From assembly GCA_019828565.1 (NCBI GenBank), contig JAHDYR010000005.1:62001-126000 (forward strand): a DNA stretch of 64,000 nucleotides. The letters run 5' to 3'. Source of the stretch: Carpediemonas membranifera BICM (lineage: Eukaryota > Protista > Fornicata). Position 1 is the stretch's first letter. Every line of letters begins with the position of its first letter. The notes under the pieces were generated by a model. That model had not been told where the DNA came from, did no database searches, and was given only the letters and a program-made list of their open reading frames with translations. The translations under genes were made by a program, and so were the position numbers. Below, piece after piece: positions 21,501-31,545 of this stretch.

Positions 21501-23243
21501 CTCGGTTACAACAAGAACATGAATGATGTCCGCAAGCGAGGTAGTATGATCTTGTGCGCCCTTATCAAGGAGGGCATCACCAACATCAGTGAAGGCTTCT
21601 GCTACGTCTCCAACGACGACATTGCCTGGCGAACCATGTCTGTCTTGCCCGTCTGCCTTGTCAGCTGGGGTGATTTCACCCCGCCCCCATTCGTACCCCC
21701 GCCCTCCCCGCCCAAGCAGGTCTCCCTCAAGCCCATGCCCCCGCTAATGGTGGCTGCTCCCGTGGCGAACTTCCCAGTCAGATGGGCATGGAACAACGAC
21801 GGTGGAGCAGAGGACTTCGCCTTGTACGATGAGACTGTGTCCGCAGAGATCGAAGCACACTACCAAGCGTTCACTGCCGGTATCTGCCAGCCAGTGTATA
21901 TTGCTAAGGCCATCACGAGGCTGCGGGATGACATGAAGCAAGATTATTCAGTCGATGTCGGGAGATCGAGTCAGACCAACCTAAAGACGCGATTCACTCG
22001 TAAGATCCGTCGGCAGCATGTTCATGTCTCGCTTGAAGACGAGAACGGCAGCATCTTCATATGGCAGTTTAAGACCGACGACGGCATTTGGACACCGTAC
22101 GACAGCACCATCCAGGGCACACTCCAGCACGCCATTCGTTCCTACGTCAACAACGGCCCTGGCATCGTCGCGCTCTCATTCCCTGGCCGGCCAGAGCAGT
22201 ATCACGTCAACTTCGCCGCAGGTACCCAGCGGAACGCCGATACTGGCACGTCTCGTCTGGTCAGGCGCCATGAGGTGTCTGCCTTTGACTCGACTGTTGC
22301 TGAGATTTTCCCGATGGGTGCGGTTGGTCCCGCGATCACAGATGAACAACTAGTTCGGGCATCCAGGCAAGTTGCGGTGGTCATGGCCACGTTCGGTAAC
22401 GTTTCATATAGCGACGTCCGCATCCACCGGGGCACGACAACAGCGGCAGCGCTAGAGCTGTCTCTATCCGGAATACCGGCAAACCTCTCTGCCGTAACCC
22501 TCGCCTACGCAGCTGTCGAGCTCGCCTCACTAGGGGTCACTGTCACAACCACTGAGTCTCTTGACAACCTCCACCGCCTGCTCACCCCCATGACTGCGGC
22601 TGACTCGGCAGTCGAGGTCAACCAACGGGTCGACCTCCAAGTCCAAGTCGCCCGAGTCCTGCTGCATCGCGTGCCAGGCTTGACCATATATGGCGGTTCT
22701 GTCCGCGATTGGGTGATCAGGGGTGAGGCTCCCAACGATATCGACTGCAAGATCCCCGATGACACCAATATTGAGTCGATATCTGCCGAGCTGACTCGGC
22801 TACCCCAGGTCACGTTCGCTCAATACCTCCAGCCTGGCTCCAAGCCGTCGCACCAGATCCTACTGCAGACAGTGTTTGGGCAGGTTGACATCGACTTTGT
22901 TACGGATACAATCGCCAAGCAGCTGGCGACCAGGCCACCGTTCGTCGAGGCAGATGTGAGTAACTTCGCTGTTTCAGTTGAACGGAACCTTCACCCCAAG
23001 GTTGCGGCGATTCGAGGGAAGCCGTTCGACATGGAAGAGGCGATGGAGCACGCCTTGAACAAGCAGTTCGTTTTCTATATGAGCTATGATGCCTCAGCAA
23101 GCTATTACTGCCGACGCCTGCTGAAGTATGTCAACAAGGGTTGGGAGTGTCTCTCGCCTGTGCCCCAGGAGGCTAAGGACCGCCACGACAGCCTAAAGGA
23201 TATCTGCGGTAGACCCGAATACAATGTCGACTGGGCAGTGTAA
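15588..23243 (+). CDS. Multidomain La-RRM / DEAH RNA helicase / RING-IBR / PARP-like / WWE x2 / nucleotidyltransferase protein
   Basis: VEHYFSDRNYPRDNFL (La); ETGSGKSTQ, DEAH, SAT, QRSGRAGR (DEAH/RHA); Cys-rich RING and IBR at ~20.8-21.2 kb; WHGT..GFDP..GPGTY (ART); two WWE-like repeats; IYGGSVRD..NDID (Pol-beta-like NTase). Confidence 0.9.
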   Translation: MTDPPAKISAVEKRRARILRTVEHYFSDRNYPRDNFLKSAILEGKGSMDVEIVLSFDRMIALDVQQPEIFEICKGSDVVAFQDSGRRIRRRRPAPLKPRFTQTPDNVVHITGFPTTLDRNAMEDFIADHILTFVRVGSAKPPGSCYLELKSNADMEQVLVDGLTYEGTALTLTRKAEIIRQQAEARKARAEANPVSKRGPATRPAKDAQAETISPSEGALALAEPLPDDLSIGERVLYLVELSAMAFTDFKQVAFTDIFFFNDEFGFDLVGSSSVGVTRRGEAETAVVHLIDGGKITTKTQEHIGQLIVDHLKNSYPNDLIAFKVVSEGTWRGVLITMNRAEPLRVFMGSPNDTRIHVSRALSTVAQGFLGQAVRYLLALVIRAMPTTNTNLLASLVLALLVKAKLISPFTMGEIPEVTAASNGQPDELLSHLGQVLVDSINGHERLLTFSASTVKCSSATSVEVWIDPDAKKSGVSVNGAHLRALKEAMVWLLAQEPEPCCEPTTPARTPARHRKTKIDRPKAHVWNELPILSHRERLIAEIIEKRLIVLVAETGSGKSTQTPQYLAECRKFPGLVACTQPRQFAATSLAERVAVEYEGPQSQPGRAVGYETSARTKRGREMVYLTDECLLRRATADPLLSDISVLVIDEAHERSLNTDIVLGIAKQILEKRQDFWVVIASATIDPTRFFEFFGVDQTHLFQVGGRTYPVTTEHRFDGAKELRQFMRVDPRDVAAVVTQSFEDSDIPFGHALVFMTGQADVTKTCKAIAAATDDSVTVLPLYGSLPPAEQNKVMLFDSDPDRAPGDRMCVVATNMAETSLTISGVTLVVDTGLAKEARFDPQARCTVLETVFISRSSADQRSGRAGRVRPGVCVRMYPPEAISRQSIEPEILRSSLDLVCLRLTSLAQSPLSFPFMDRPTDENLAAAINTITGFELIKITDDEVRITKKGRLFLDLPTEPRFSEVLFQAVESNILGLAADVISLFATGRSIFFVAPEDADTAIKIQRQAQRYKDDAHHLRSVLVGYEKCETKAARAWHAKVNNLNNKTMEMVSGIKKTILEALSRAKWLQPQDTSPKDVLAFSALGHMLASCFPESVCQRMGSDSRVLATGRHGLVSDSSVVSSPFFIALNVTVIGDSRAFFSATSELVTRGMPHSVSTLLEERAFVPAFEADGLSFTGYSHAILDALGMPRKFSGSDPTSLLNPPVSLNLVLRPMFQGSRCVVYSHPSVEETVQDIVQAAVDMRRTELLEGQTPITYQGAQLLFKAGGELVAAAPAPTSIRVSLIEIRESGSDLQIDSVEDLESLLTELLGGEAAFKAAVKECWINQTQTTASVVPQSADDEVKIKEIFATISETASIDRSSITTAEVPFSGLEILVNVRARFPDVTIKRFIANVYAFNLPANLDPTLLRQTIGPMATAATMKPHRKSALVSNATVRLRIPLDSSPESLLALNEKINSAITTKYGSVEGFGYPSGAKPVQASFIVQFKSTTELKAALQSGVMPGATINAVYHCRHPELVDHSLVAVNVTSRFPTAKVKVISPGPAKPGMTQRKEYFSIAGTDLVEASKALKAIKQVDAPVRLQLNAPHTIFFAKKHLVNYSNRQKLQNKCQVSIDVHERTFRNSTDVRSVSVHVYGSSAGKSAFVSEMRRLTDQATACVAFFPLSRRISPRTQYFIRSKAKRRFERCYINFKNDVVHGSLDTGVYTGSECGQAKLMEFFAEEILGDAQGEDHTCCGCDNFANKTLFCCGHRICTSCITCQVEDPRSTLVSCPQCRMPLSIADIRQAFPDTASGEQALVVVARRRATFIKTSSIVCCPHCDAFQRREPHFCTCTNCCDGFCASCGSTDMGHAGLSCDEFKRVSQMAGDFIATVFDQCRSYAYDKWPCDLAKISQVTLNPGLALGCPSMQRFASFIAEREIQLNPANLQLAWHGTDINALAPICNDGFDPARRSGQVHGPGTYTGWTPNVSLGYNKNMNDVRKRGSMILCALIKEGITNISEGFCYVSNDDIAWRTMSVLPVCLVSWGDFTPPPFVPPPSPPKQVSLKPMPPLMVAAPVANFPVRWAWNNDGGAEDFALYDETVSAEIEAHYQAFTAGICQPVYIAKAITRLRDDMKQDYSVDVGRSSQTNLKTRFTRKIRRQHVHVSLEDENGSIFIWQFKTDDGIWTPYDSTIQGTLQHAIRSYVNNGPGIVALSFPGRPEQYHVNFAAGTQRNADTGTSRLVRRHEVSAFDSTVAEIFPMGAVGPAITDEQLVRASRQVAVVMATFGNVSYSDVRIHRGTTTAAALELSLSGIPANLSAVTLAYAAVELASLGVTVTTTESLDNLHRLLTPMTAADSAVEVNQRVDLQVQVARVLLHRVPGLTIYGGSVRDWVIRGEAPNDIDCKIPDDTNIESISAELTRLPQVTFAQYLQPGSKPSHQILLQTVFGQVDIDFVTDTIAKQLATRPPFVEADVSNFAVSVERNLHPKVAAIRGKPFDMEEAMEHALNKQFVFYMSYDASASYYCRRLLKYVNKGWECLSPVPQEAKDRHDSLKDICGRPEYNVDWAV

Positions 23244-23744
23244 AATATTATCAAAATATCAGGACGTAGAGTCAGTGCGTTTTACCTGAACGCCGCAAGC
23301 ACCGAACAAGTGACCAGCAAGCGGGCTGAAACAGAGGACTATGCATCCTACTGGATTCGTAAGCGCAGTGTAGCGCTTTATCTCAACGCTGATGTCCGTA
23401 CAGGCATGCACTGGCGTGTAAGTCACAGCTTGACATCTCTAGATTCATCATTAGCAACCTTCAATTTTAAAAGTCGCCGACTGTTAGTCGACAACAGTCG
23501 AAGTCTCCAATTGATGTATCCCGCCATCAAATAAATATAATTGAGACACCCCTTACCGAGTTCTATAGACCCTATATGGTCGTCCGCCCCTCCTCTTCTG
23601 ACGTTAGTTTTTTCACCATGACCTTGACTTTGCAACTGGGCATAATGGTTCTTTGGTCTCTGTCTTCGCTTCTGTTCTTATTTTAACACTCATTTGTACA
23701 CATTGTGCTCTTCTTATCTTCTATATCTTCTATCTACAGTTAGC

Positions 23745-24816
23745 TCAGCTCCATGCGCTTCTGGACAGTCGTATTGCTTCACTGATGTACGTTTGTACTG
23801 AGTCTTGCGCCCGCCATCCCCCCAAGGCTTGCACCACTTCCATTGGAGTTCCAGATTCAACCAGATGTACTGCGGCGCCGCGGCGGAAGGAATGTCCGGT
23901 GGCCTTGAATACTTCCTCGAGGTCCATCATCATTTCGAATCGCGCCCACGGCTCCTGCGCCCCCTTCAACGCGGACCGGCTCTCTCGTAGTGTTGCCTGG
24001 CTATGGGTGTACGAACGCCACAAGGGGCCTTCATCTGGTAGGTTACTCATGTGCATGGCGAGCCACCAGGCTGGTGACCGCAGCTGGTCGTCGGCTGAGG
24101 GAACCAACTTCAGCGTCGCTTCATCCCTTGTCTTTGTGTGTCGTATCGTAATCTCCAGCGCGCCGTCTGCTCCGCCGTGCCTCACATCCTCTGTCTTGAG
24201 TGCCCGGATCTCGCCTGCTCGCGACACTGTCGCAAACGTCACCAGGCCAAAGGCAATTGCCTGAGTGAGGGGCGGGGTCGCGTGTGCCCCGGCTGACCTA
24301 GCCGCAGCCTCCAGCGTCTCACGCCTGATTGGCCAAGCCTTCCCAGTCTTACGTCCGGGCGTTAGCTCGCATCGGCCTGCTAGCCTCGCACCTGCCCTGG
24401 TCAGGGCCCGATGCAACCTTGTCGTCTCAGCGCTCTCGCCCAGTGCCTCCAGTCCCATTCTGATGTTCGCCTCCTTCGTGATGAATGTGTCTCTGGCGAC
24501 GAAGGGGATTTCGGAAAATAGATACAACATCAGTGTGTCTGCCGGCTCAATGGCGTCAAGGAGCTCGGCGAACTCGTGCAACCACTCGCGGTCTGTGAGT
24601 TCCTGCCTTGCTCGGTCCAGCGTCGCCTGTGCCGTGTCCCTGGCCGTCGGGGCAGGGTCGTCCTGAGGTAAGTCACAGTCAGAGTCACAGTCAGAGTCAC
24701 AGTCGGGGTCATGCCGGACTGATGATCGGAAAAACGTGAATTTGGCTGTCTCTGCGGCGATGCGCTGCCTGGTAGATACTTCCTTGTCCATGAGGAGGGG
24801 GTTATTCGTGAGCTGG
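23745..24816 (-). CDS. Tyrosine recombinase (C-terminal part; N-terminus at 33572-33996)
   Basis: SRAGE (R), HTKT (K), GHSFRRG (HxxR), GGW, TY. Removing Gypsy A plus one TSD restores in-frame ...IEAQ-LTNNPLL. Confidence 0.92.
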
Positions 24817-24894
24817 TGTTGCCTTGGTGAGGTTACGAAGGATAAAGAACGGAAGCAGTTTAATGGATCAATCAAATGATGTGGGGCCACAACA
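24817..24894 (-). repeat. 3' LTR of Gypsy A
   Basis: tgttgcc...ccacaaca, 78 bp, identical to 33489-33566. Confidence 0.97.
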
Positions 24895-26355
24895 TCCCGC
24901 TTCTCCCACGATCGGGCGTAGCCCGTGGGCATCAATGTAATCCTCGGCAGGAATGCTGCCCCATAGATCCTCGTCATAGCATTGCCAGGTGTCCTCATCG
25001 GGCTCGTAGCCGCGCCAGCGGATTCGGAATTCGAGAACATCCGGATCGGAGGCGAGGGGACGGTGCTCGACGATGGATTCGACAACATAGAGGTCATCGG
25101 CGTCCATGGAGGCGATCATGGCCAGCTCAGTGTCATCGGCGGTGGTGGCGAATTGACGCAGGCGCCTTAAGTGGACGGTAACGGGACTCTGCTCGTCAAC
25201 GATGCTGACGATCGTATACATGTTGTTGGCGTGACATTGGGACACCTTGAACGGTCCGCGATAGTTTGGAGCGAGCTTGTTGAGCGGGCCCTTAGGCGGA
25301 CAAAGGAGCACGAGCTCTCCAGGGGTGAGCTTGAGTGTCGGCACCTGTTGGTGGGCCAACTCATCGCTCTGGCACTTGTTGGCGGCCTCCCTGATCTGCT
25401 TCAGCCTGGACCTCAGGTCGTTGACGTAGTCGTCCGAGGCGTCGCCAGGCCATTCGTCCTCGTCGAGCAGGCGTGGAAGAAGACTGACCCGAGGCTTGAG
25501 GTGATCGCCGTAGAGGAGAGAGTAGGGTGAGCAGCCGATCGAACGGTGATAGGCGGTGTTGATCAGGAACTGGACTAGGGGGAGCACGCGAGGCCAGTCC
25601 TCCCTCTCACCAAGAGTGGCCATGAGGGTGCGAAGGTGCGACTTGACCTTACCGTTGGCTCTCTCGACTATGCCGTTCTGGTTCGGGGTATACGGGGCTA
25701 TAGTCGTGTGGGTGATCTTCAGAGCGTGGCAGAGACTATCGATCACCTCGTTGACGTACTGGGACCCGTTGTCCGAGTGGATGAGGTAAGGGAGACCGTG
25801 GCGGGAGTAGACACTCGACACGAGGGCGTCCGCGGCCTCAATGGCGGTGGTGGAGGAGCAAGGGACGAGCTCCGTCCATCTCGTGAAGTTGTCGACGATG
25901 ACAATCACGTGTCGGGTCTCGCCGGCAGAGGGTAGGGGCCCTATGCTGTCGATCGAGACTGAGTGGAAAGGCGTATCGGCGTACAGGTGGCCGAGGTTGT
26001 GTGAAACCTTGAGCTTGAGGCGGTACTTGAGGCAGACCGGGCAGCCCTGCACGAACTTGCGGACGTCGCCCTTCATACCAGACCAGCTGTGTCCGGCGTC
26101 GGTGAGCTTGCGGGTTGTGGCCTCGACCCCGAAGTGACCGCTGAGGGAGTTCCCATGCACTGAGGCGATGAGCTCCTCGTGAGACTGGCCCTGAGCAGGG
26201 GCGGCAGCCAGGCACAAGTCAGCCTGCATGGCGCGTGACAGACCGTCGGCGATGCCATTCGCCGGGCCGGGGATGTACTCAACCTCGAACATGAACTCGG
26301 AAAGTCTGTGCTTCCAGCGTTCGACCTTGGCAGAAGAGGACTCGACAAGGAAAGT

Positions 26356-26437
26356 TGTGATCTTGTCGAGGTTAAAGGTTTCAAAACAAACTGTTTATAG
26401 GGTTCGCACGTGTAGTTGGTACCCTAAACTGCTCACA
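26356..26437 (-). repeat. 3' LTR of Gypsy B
   Basis: tgtgatc...gctcaca, 82 bp, identical to 30299-30380. Confidence 0.97.
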
Positions 26438-29400
26438 CTTCCCCTCTAAAGGTGCAGCTCCGGGTGAGCCTCGGCATAAATGTCGAGGGCTTCGAGGTCG
26501 CGGACCTCGTGGTACGGGAGCCACTCATCGGCGCCTGGGTAGCCATCCCAGGCGACGAGGAATTCGAGGGTAGACTTCGTGGGGCCACCACGGTGGCGGG
26601 TGATGGCCTCGACTTCGTAGGTGTCGTCGTCAAGGGAGGCGACGGTGATGTCATCGAAGGCCAGGGAGTCGTCGTACTCCACGAGCCGGGAACCGTGATA
26701 CTGGAAGGTGGCGCCGGCAGTGGGGTTGTGTACGGTGTAGATGTCGTGCTCGCGGTCAGTGATCGTGTATGGGCCAACGAGCTTAGTAGACAGCTTGGTG
26801 GGGCGCTTCGAAGGGCGCGTGACAAGCACCTTCGAGCCAATAGGAAGGGGCTCGTCGCCGAAAGCCGGACGTTTCGAGAGGACGTTCTCTTGGTGCTGGC
26901 GTGCTGTCTCAATGAGCTTGGGCTGGGCCTGGAGAACACGGCTAAAGAAGCGGCCGTATTCACTCTTCTCCTCCTCAACGTGGGCGTCGGACGACAGGAA
27001 GGGGGTGACGTTCTGTGAAGCGAACATGAGCTGTGCGGGGGCAATGCCCGTGGTGGCACATATCGTGGTGTTCATGATCCGCTGGACGACTGGGAGGTAA
27101 AGGGACCAGTTGTTAACGTCGCGCAGCTCCTGAGTGATGGTACGTAGGTGTCGTGAGAGCTCGGCGTTAGCTCTTTCGACGAGCCCGTTGGCTCTGGGGT
27201 GGTATGGAAGAGAGACAACGTGTTGGGCGCCGAAGAGCTTAATGAGCTGTTGGAAAGCGGTGGCAAGGTACTGAGAACCGCGATCACTTCGGAAAGAAGA
27301 CGGAGTACCGTAGCGTCCCGTGACGGAGATAAGAGCGCGAAGGGCCTCTGCAGAAGAAGCATCCTTGCATGGGACCAGCTCTACGAAGCGTGTGAAGGTG
27401 TCAATGAAGGTGATAACGTAGCGGCATCCGTTGGAGTCTGCAGGATAAGGCCCGACCGTATCAAACGCCCAGCAGGAGCGTGGGGTGACGCCCATGGTAG
27501 GGCGGAGGCCTGTCTGAAGGCGCTTGGGAAGTCTGGCGTTCTTCTGACATATCGGGCAAGCCTTGATATACTCGGCGACAGCGTTGCTCATTCCACGGAA
27601 GTCAAGGTTTCGTTCCTTAAGGAGGCGGAGTGTAGCCTCTCGGCCGAGGTGTCCCTCGACGGCATTGTGGACAGAGGCTATGATAAGTCGCTGGAGTGTA
27701 GGGGCATTCTCGGGGGTTGGACGATGAAGCACCTGGATATGCCATCAGTGAGGGTGTTGGAGACGCCAGAGATGTGTTCAACGACAAAGTCGAACTCTTG
27801 GAGTCTGAGGTTCCAGCGGACGACCTTGGGTGTGGTAGAACGGCGCATATAAACTAGGTTACGGTGGTCTGTCTGTATAGCGAACGAGTGGCCGAGGAGA
27901 TAGGGGGAGTACTTCTCGACAACCGCGAAGAAGATGCCGAAGGCTTCCTTTTCGATGACAGCCCAGTTGCGCTCTGCGGTGGTGAATGCGTGGCTACAGT
28001 AGGAGACTACGTGTTCAACGCCATCCTTGACGTTGAGGAGCACGCCTCCACAGCCAATGTCGCTAGCATCGGTGCGAACGATAATTGGGGCAGAGTAGTC
28101 CAGGAAGGCTAAACACGGCGTGTGGGCGGCGAGGTTCTTGCTCTCTTCGAAAGCAGTCTGGGCCTCCTTTGTCCATTTCCACCGGACCTTCCCAGAGGTG
28201 AGGGCGTATAGTGGCTGTAGGATCGAGCTGAGGTTGGGGATGAACCTACGGAAATAATTCATCGCTCCACAGAAGGCCCGCGTGGTCTTGATGTCCTTAG
28301 GAGGAGCCATGGCCTGAACGGCCTTGACCCGGGCGGGGGACATGCGGATTCCCTCGGGGGAGATGATATGGCCGAGGTATTCCACCTGCTCAGCGTACAG
28401 ACAGCACTTGCTGGGATGAAGGACGAAGCGATGTTCCTTGAGAACGGCAAGGATCTCAGCTAGGCGTGTAGCTAGTTCGTCCGTGGTTGATGCGTGAATG
28501 ATGATGTCGTCTATGAAGACCTCGCACGTAGTTCCGACAAACTTGGAGAGCAATTGGGTCATGATGGCCTGGAAGGTAGCAGGAGCCGTTTTGACGCCAA
28601 ATGGAACGCGCGTATACTCATAAAAGGCCGGTTGGAGTTGAAAACGCGGTTATCGGAATGGAACTTTCGGACAGTGGGATCTGGTGGTATCCACTAACGA
28701 GATCTAACGTCGCAAAGCAACGTTGGCCTGCGAGATGCGACATCAGCTCTTCTTGGTGTGCAAGTGGGAAACTGACTTGCTTGATGCGATCATTCGCCTG
28801 ACGGTAGTCCACGACGAGGCGGCGGGCACCGCCCTTTTTGGGGACAGTAAAGACGGGTGCAGCCCAGGGGAGAGCGTGAGGGGCGGACGATTCCTTGAGC
28901 AAGGAGCTCGTTCACCTGGTCATCAACCTCCTGCTGGATTGCAGGGGATAGACGACGCGGCGGTTGAGCAGCCGGTGTGGCGCCCTCAAGCAGCTCTATC
29001 TCCATAGGGGGAACGTCTGCTCCGTCTGGGTGGGGACGGCTGGTGAAGACTTCGGCATACTCATCATAGACGGCTCTGATGGCTGGCGGGAGGGCAGACG
29101 CGGTTGAACCTACGTCAGGGAGCTGCTCTCCTTCATCTAGGCGAGTGACGGGTGCGTGATCCTCATCGATCGTCTCCTCATCGGCCGTTGGGGCCAAGGA
29201 GAGGGAGAGATCTTGGATAGTGGAGTTTGAGAGGATCAGATCCTCCGACATAGAGGGGAGGATGTAGAATGGCCGAATGGAGCGAACGCCATCAATGAGC
29301 ATGGCAAGGAACACAGCTCTCTTGATGAAAACTGGACCGTTCGCGGTATCCAAACGAACGTTAGCGACGGCTGGAAGAGCGCCACGTTGGATAAATGATT

Positions 29401-30298
29401 CGGCTATCGTGGGGGAGATGAGGTCAATAGTTGCACCAGTATCAAGTACTGCACAGACCTCTGTGGCAGTACTCTCGTTGATGGGAACATAGAGAGTGGC
29501 TTGGCGACAGATGAGGCCGTCGTGATCAGTGGCGGCCAGATTCGCCTTTTCGCGCTTGACTGGCGGACCCTGGATGGGAGTCTTGCGCACGCCAGAGCGG
29601 AAGAAATCTCTGTGTCCTTGATAGGGACAGTTGGGGCGGATGTGGCCCGTATGGCCACAGCCGTGGCAGGGAGCAGACGATCGTTGGGGTAGTCTAGCCC
29701 CAGCGGCGGCGCCGGGAGTCGGGCGCTTACCAGCTGGCTGGGCCGGTTCCGGCTGCAGGAGCGACTGGAGGTTAAGGAGTTCCTCCAGTTCATCAATGGC
29801 GTGGTCCTGCGCCTCTGCGACGTCATCTGGCTGCTCCATGCGGATACGCTCCGCAAGAGGATCTGGAAGTGCCTGCAGGTATGCCTTCACCATTAGCTTC
29901 TCTGGTGGTGTGACGTCGGCTGTGAACGAGCTCCGGATAGTTTCGAAGCGTTCGATATGGTTGAGAAGCTGTGCAGGCGTTGATAAGGGGCCCGTTCGGG
30001 CGCACCGCAGCGACTTCAGCTTGGCTAGTGCTTGAACGTTACTGCGGGGGCTATAGAATGTTTGGTAGACTGTGTCCAAGACAGTATCCGCCGGAAGATC
30101 GGCCGGATTGTCGTTGAGACGGCGTGTGATGAGAAGAAGAGGCGTAGGATCCATCAGGGCAGTCGGATGGAGAAGAGGATCGTCAAGGCGTTGAGCTCGG
30201 TACGCACGGTAGGACGATCGGAACTTGGTGAACGCCTGTTCTTCTAGTGTTAGTAAGAAAGGTCTTGGTATGTAGTCGGACATTAGATGAGTGTACAC

Positions 30299-30380
30299 TG
30301 TGATCTTGTCGAGGTTAAAGGTTTCAAAACAAACTGTTTATAGGGTTCGCACGTGTAGTTGGTACCCTAAACTGCTCACA
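30299..30380 (-). repeat. 5' LTR of Gypsy B
   Basis: Identical to 26356-26437. Confidence 0.97.
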
Positions 30381-31415
30381 AAGTCAAGTTTTTGTGGTCA
30401 ACTTGCGCTACGAAGGTGTGGCCCTTGAGGAAAGGGGCGAACTTCAGGACGCCGGAGTACAGAGCGAAGCATTCCTTCTCAGTGATGGACCAGGCGCGCT
30501 CGGCCGGCCTCAGGGTCCGACTGAAGAAGGATATGAACTCCTGGTCGCCATGCGGTGACAGTTGTAAGAGGACAGCACCCACGCCAAAGCCACTAGCGTC
30601 GGACTGCACGACAATCGGGCGCGAGTAGTCTATGTGGACGAGGATGGGTGCGTGGATCAGAGCGTCCTTGAGGTTGTGGAAAGCCTTCTCCGCCTCCTCC
30701 GAAAGAGTGAAGCGTTGATCTGATGAACCATTGGTCAGCTCGTATAGGGGCGCGGCGATCCCAGCGTAGTCCTTGACGAACTTCCTGAAGAAGTTCATCA
30801 GGCCTAGGGTCGACCGTAGCAATCGGACGCTGGTCGGTACCGGCAGTCGGCCGAGGGCCGAAAGACGATCGCGCGAGATGGATATCCCGTCGCGGGATAT
30901 TACGTGCCCAAGATGCTCCACCTGGGTCACCCCGAATTCACACTTGGGAAGCCCCAAGCGGAGCCGGTGTGATGAGAGTCGTTCCAGGGCAGCGGTGAGG
31001 TTCTCGAGGAACTCCTCCTTGCTTGAGCCGGTGATTAGAACGTCGTCAATATAGACGAGGCAACCGTGGAACAATAGGTCGCCCAGGACTTTCATCATAA
31101 CTGACTGAAAGTGGGAGGGAGCGTTCACCAGTCCGAAGGGCACTCGCGTGAACTCGAAGACGCCAAGGTGGCATATGAAGGCTGTGAGCGGTATGCTCTC
31201 CTCTGACATAGGCACTTGGTGGTAGCCAGAGCGCAGATCAAGGCTGGCAAAGAACTGGCTCCCTTGGAGGTGGGACAGGAGGTCGTCGATCGACGTGAGT
31301 GGGACCGGTGTCTTGACAGTCTGTGCGTTGACTGCCTTGTAGTTGATGACCATGCGGTCCTTTGTCTTCTGATGGACGAAGAAAGTAGGCGCTGCCCACC
31401 CCGACTTCGAAGGTC

Positions 31416-31545
31416 TGTGATATATACATATAATATATATACATATAATTACCCTCTACATATAATCCCCTGATCTCGATACGGTCAATGGCCGTCTCGA
31501 CTCGACACAATTGGTGTCGCCATATAAAGCAGTGCACCCTTCACA
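31416..31545 (+). mobile_element. 130-bp solo LTR inserted in Gypsy A
   Basis: TGTGA...TCACA termini; GGTC TSD (31412-31415, 31546-31549); removal restores HIIRP-SKSGWAAP in frame. Strand inferred from the TATAAA motif. Confidence 0.9.

Larger units (their letters stand above)
26356..30380 (-). mobile_element. Ty3/Gypsy chromodomain LTR retrotransposon B (4025 bp), nested in the RNase H region of A
   Basis: Identical 82-bp LTRs; AAGT TSD (26352-26355, 30381-30384); PPT agaggggaag. gag (CHGCGHTGHIRPNC), protease (LDTGA), RT (FIDD), RNase H, integrase, chromodomain; ATG 30283 to stop 26446 with three homopolymer frameshifts. Confidence 0.97.

Noticed and set aside
23540-23592. Weak similarity to 36426-36458 as DIRS terminal repeats
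   Set aside because: Only scattered 5-6-nt matches; not enough to call termini.
24672-24705. 12-bp x3 repeat (DCDSDCDSDCD) in the YR linker
   Set aside because: Simple in-frame slippage repeat with no evidence of function.
24817-25097. N-terminus of the 450-aa YR ORF given in the track
   Set aside because: It reads through Gypsy A's 3' end and LTR; the true YR N-terminus is at 33572-33996.
27710-28870. Programmed ribosomal frameshifts in Gypsy B (and at ~1800 in Gypsy 1)
   Set aside because: All fall in short homopolymers (CCCC, TTTT, CCCCC, GGG) inside pol rather than at the gag-pol border; more likely sequencing indels or decay.
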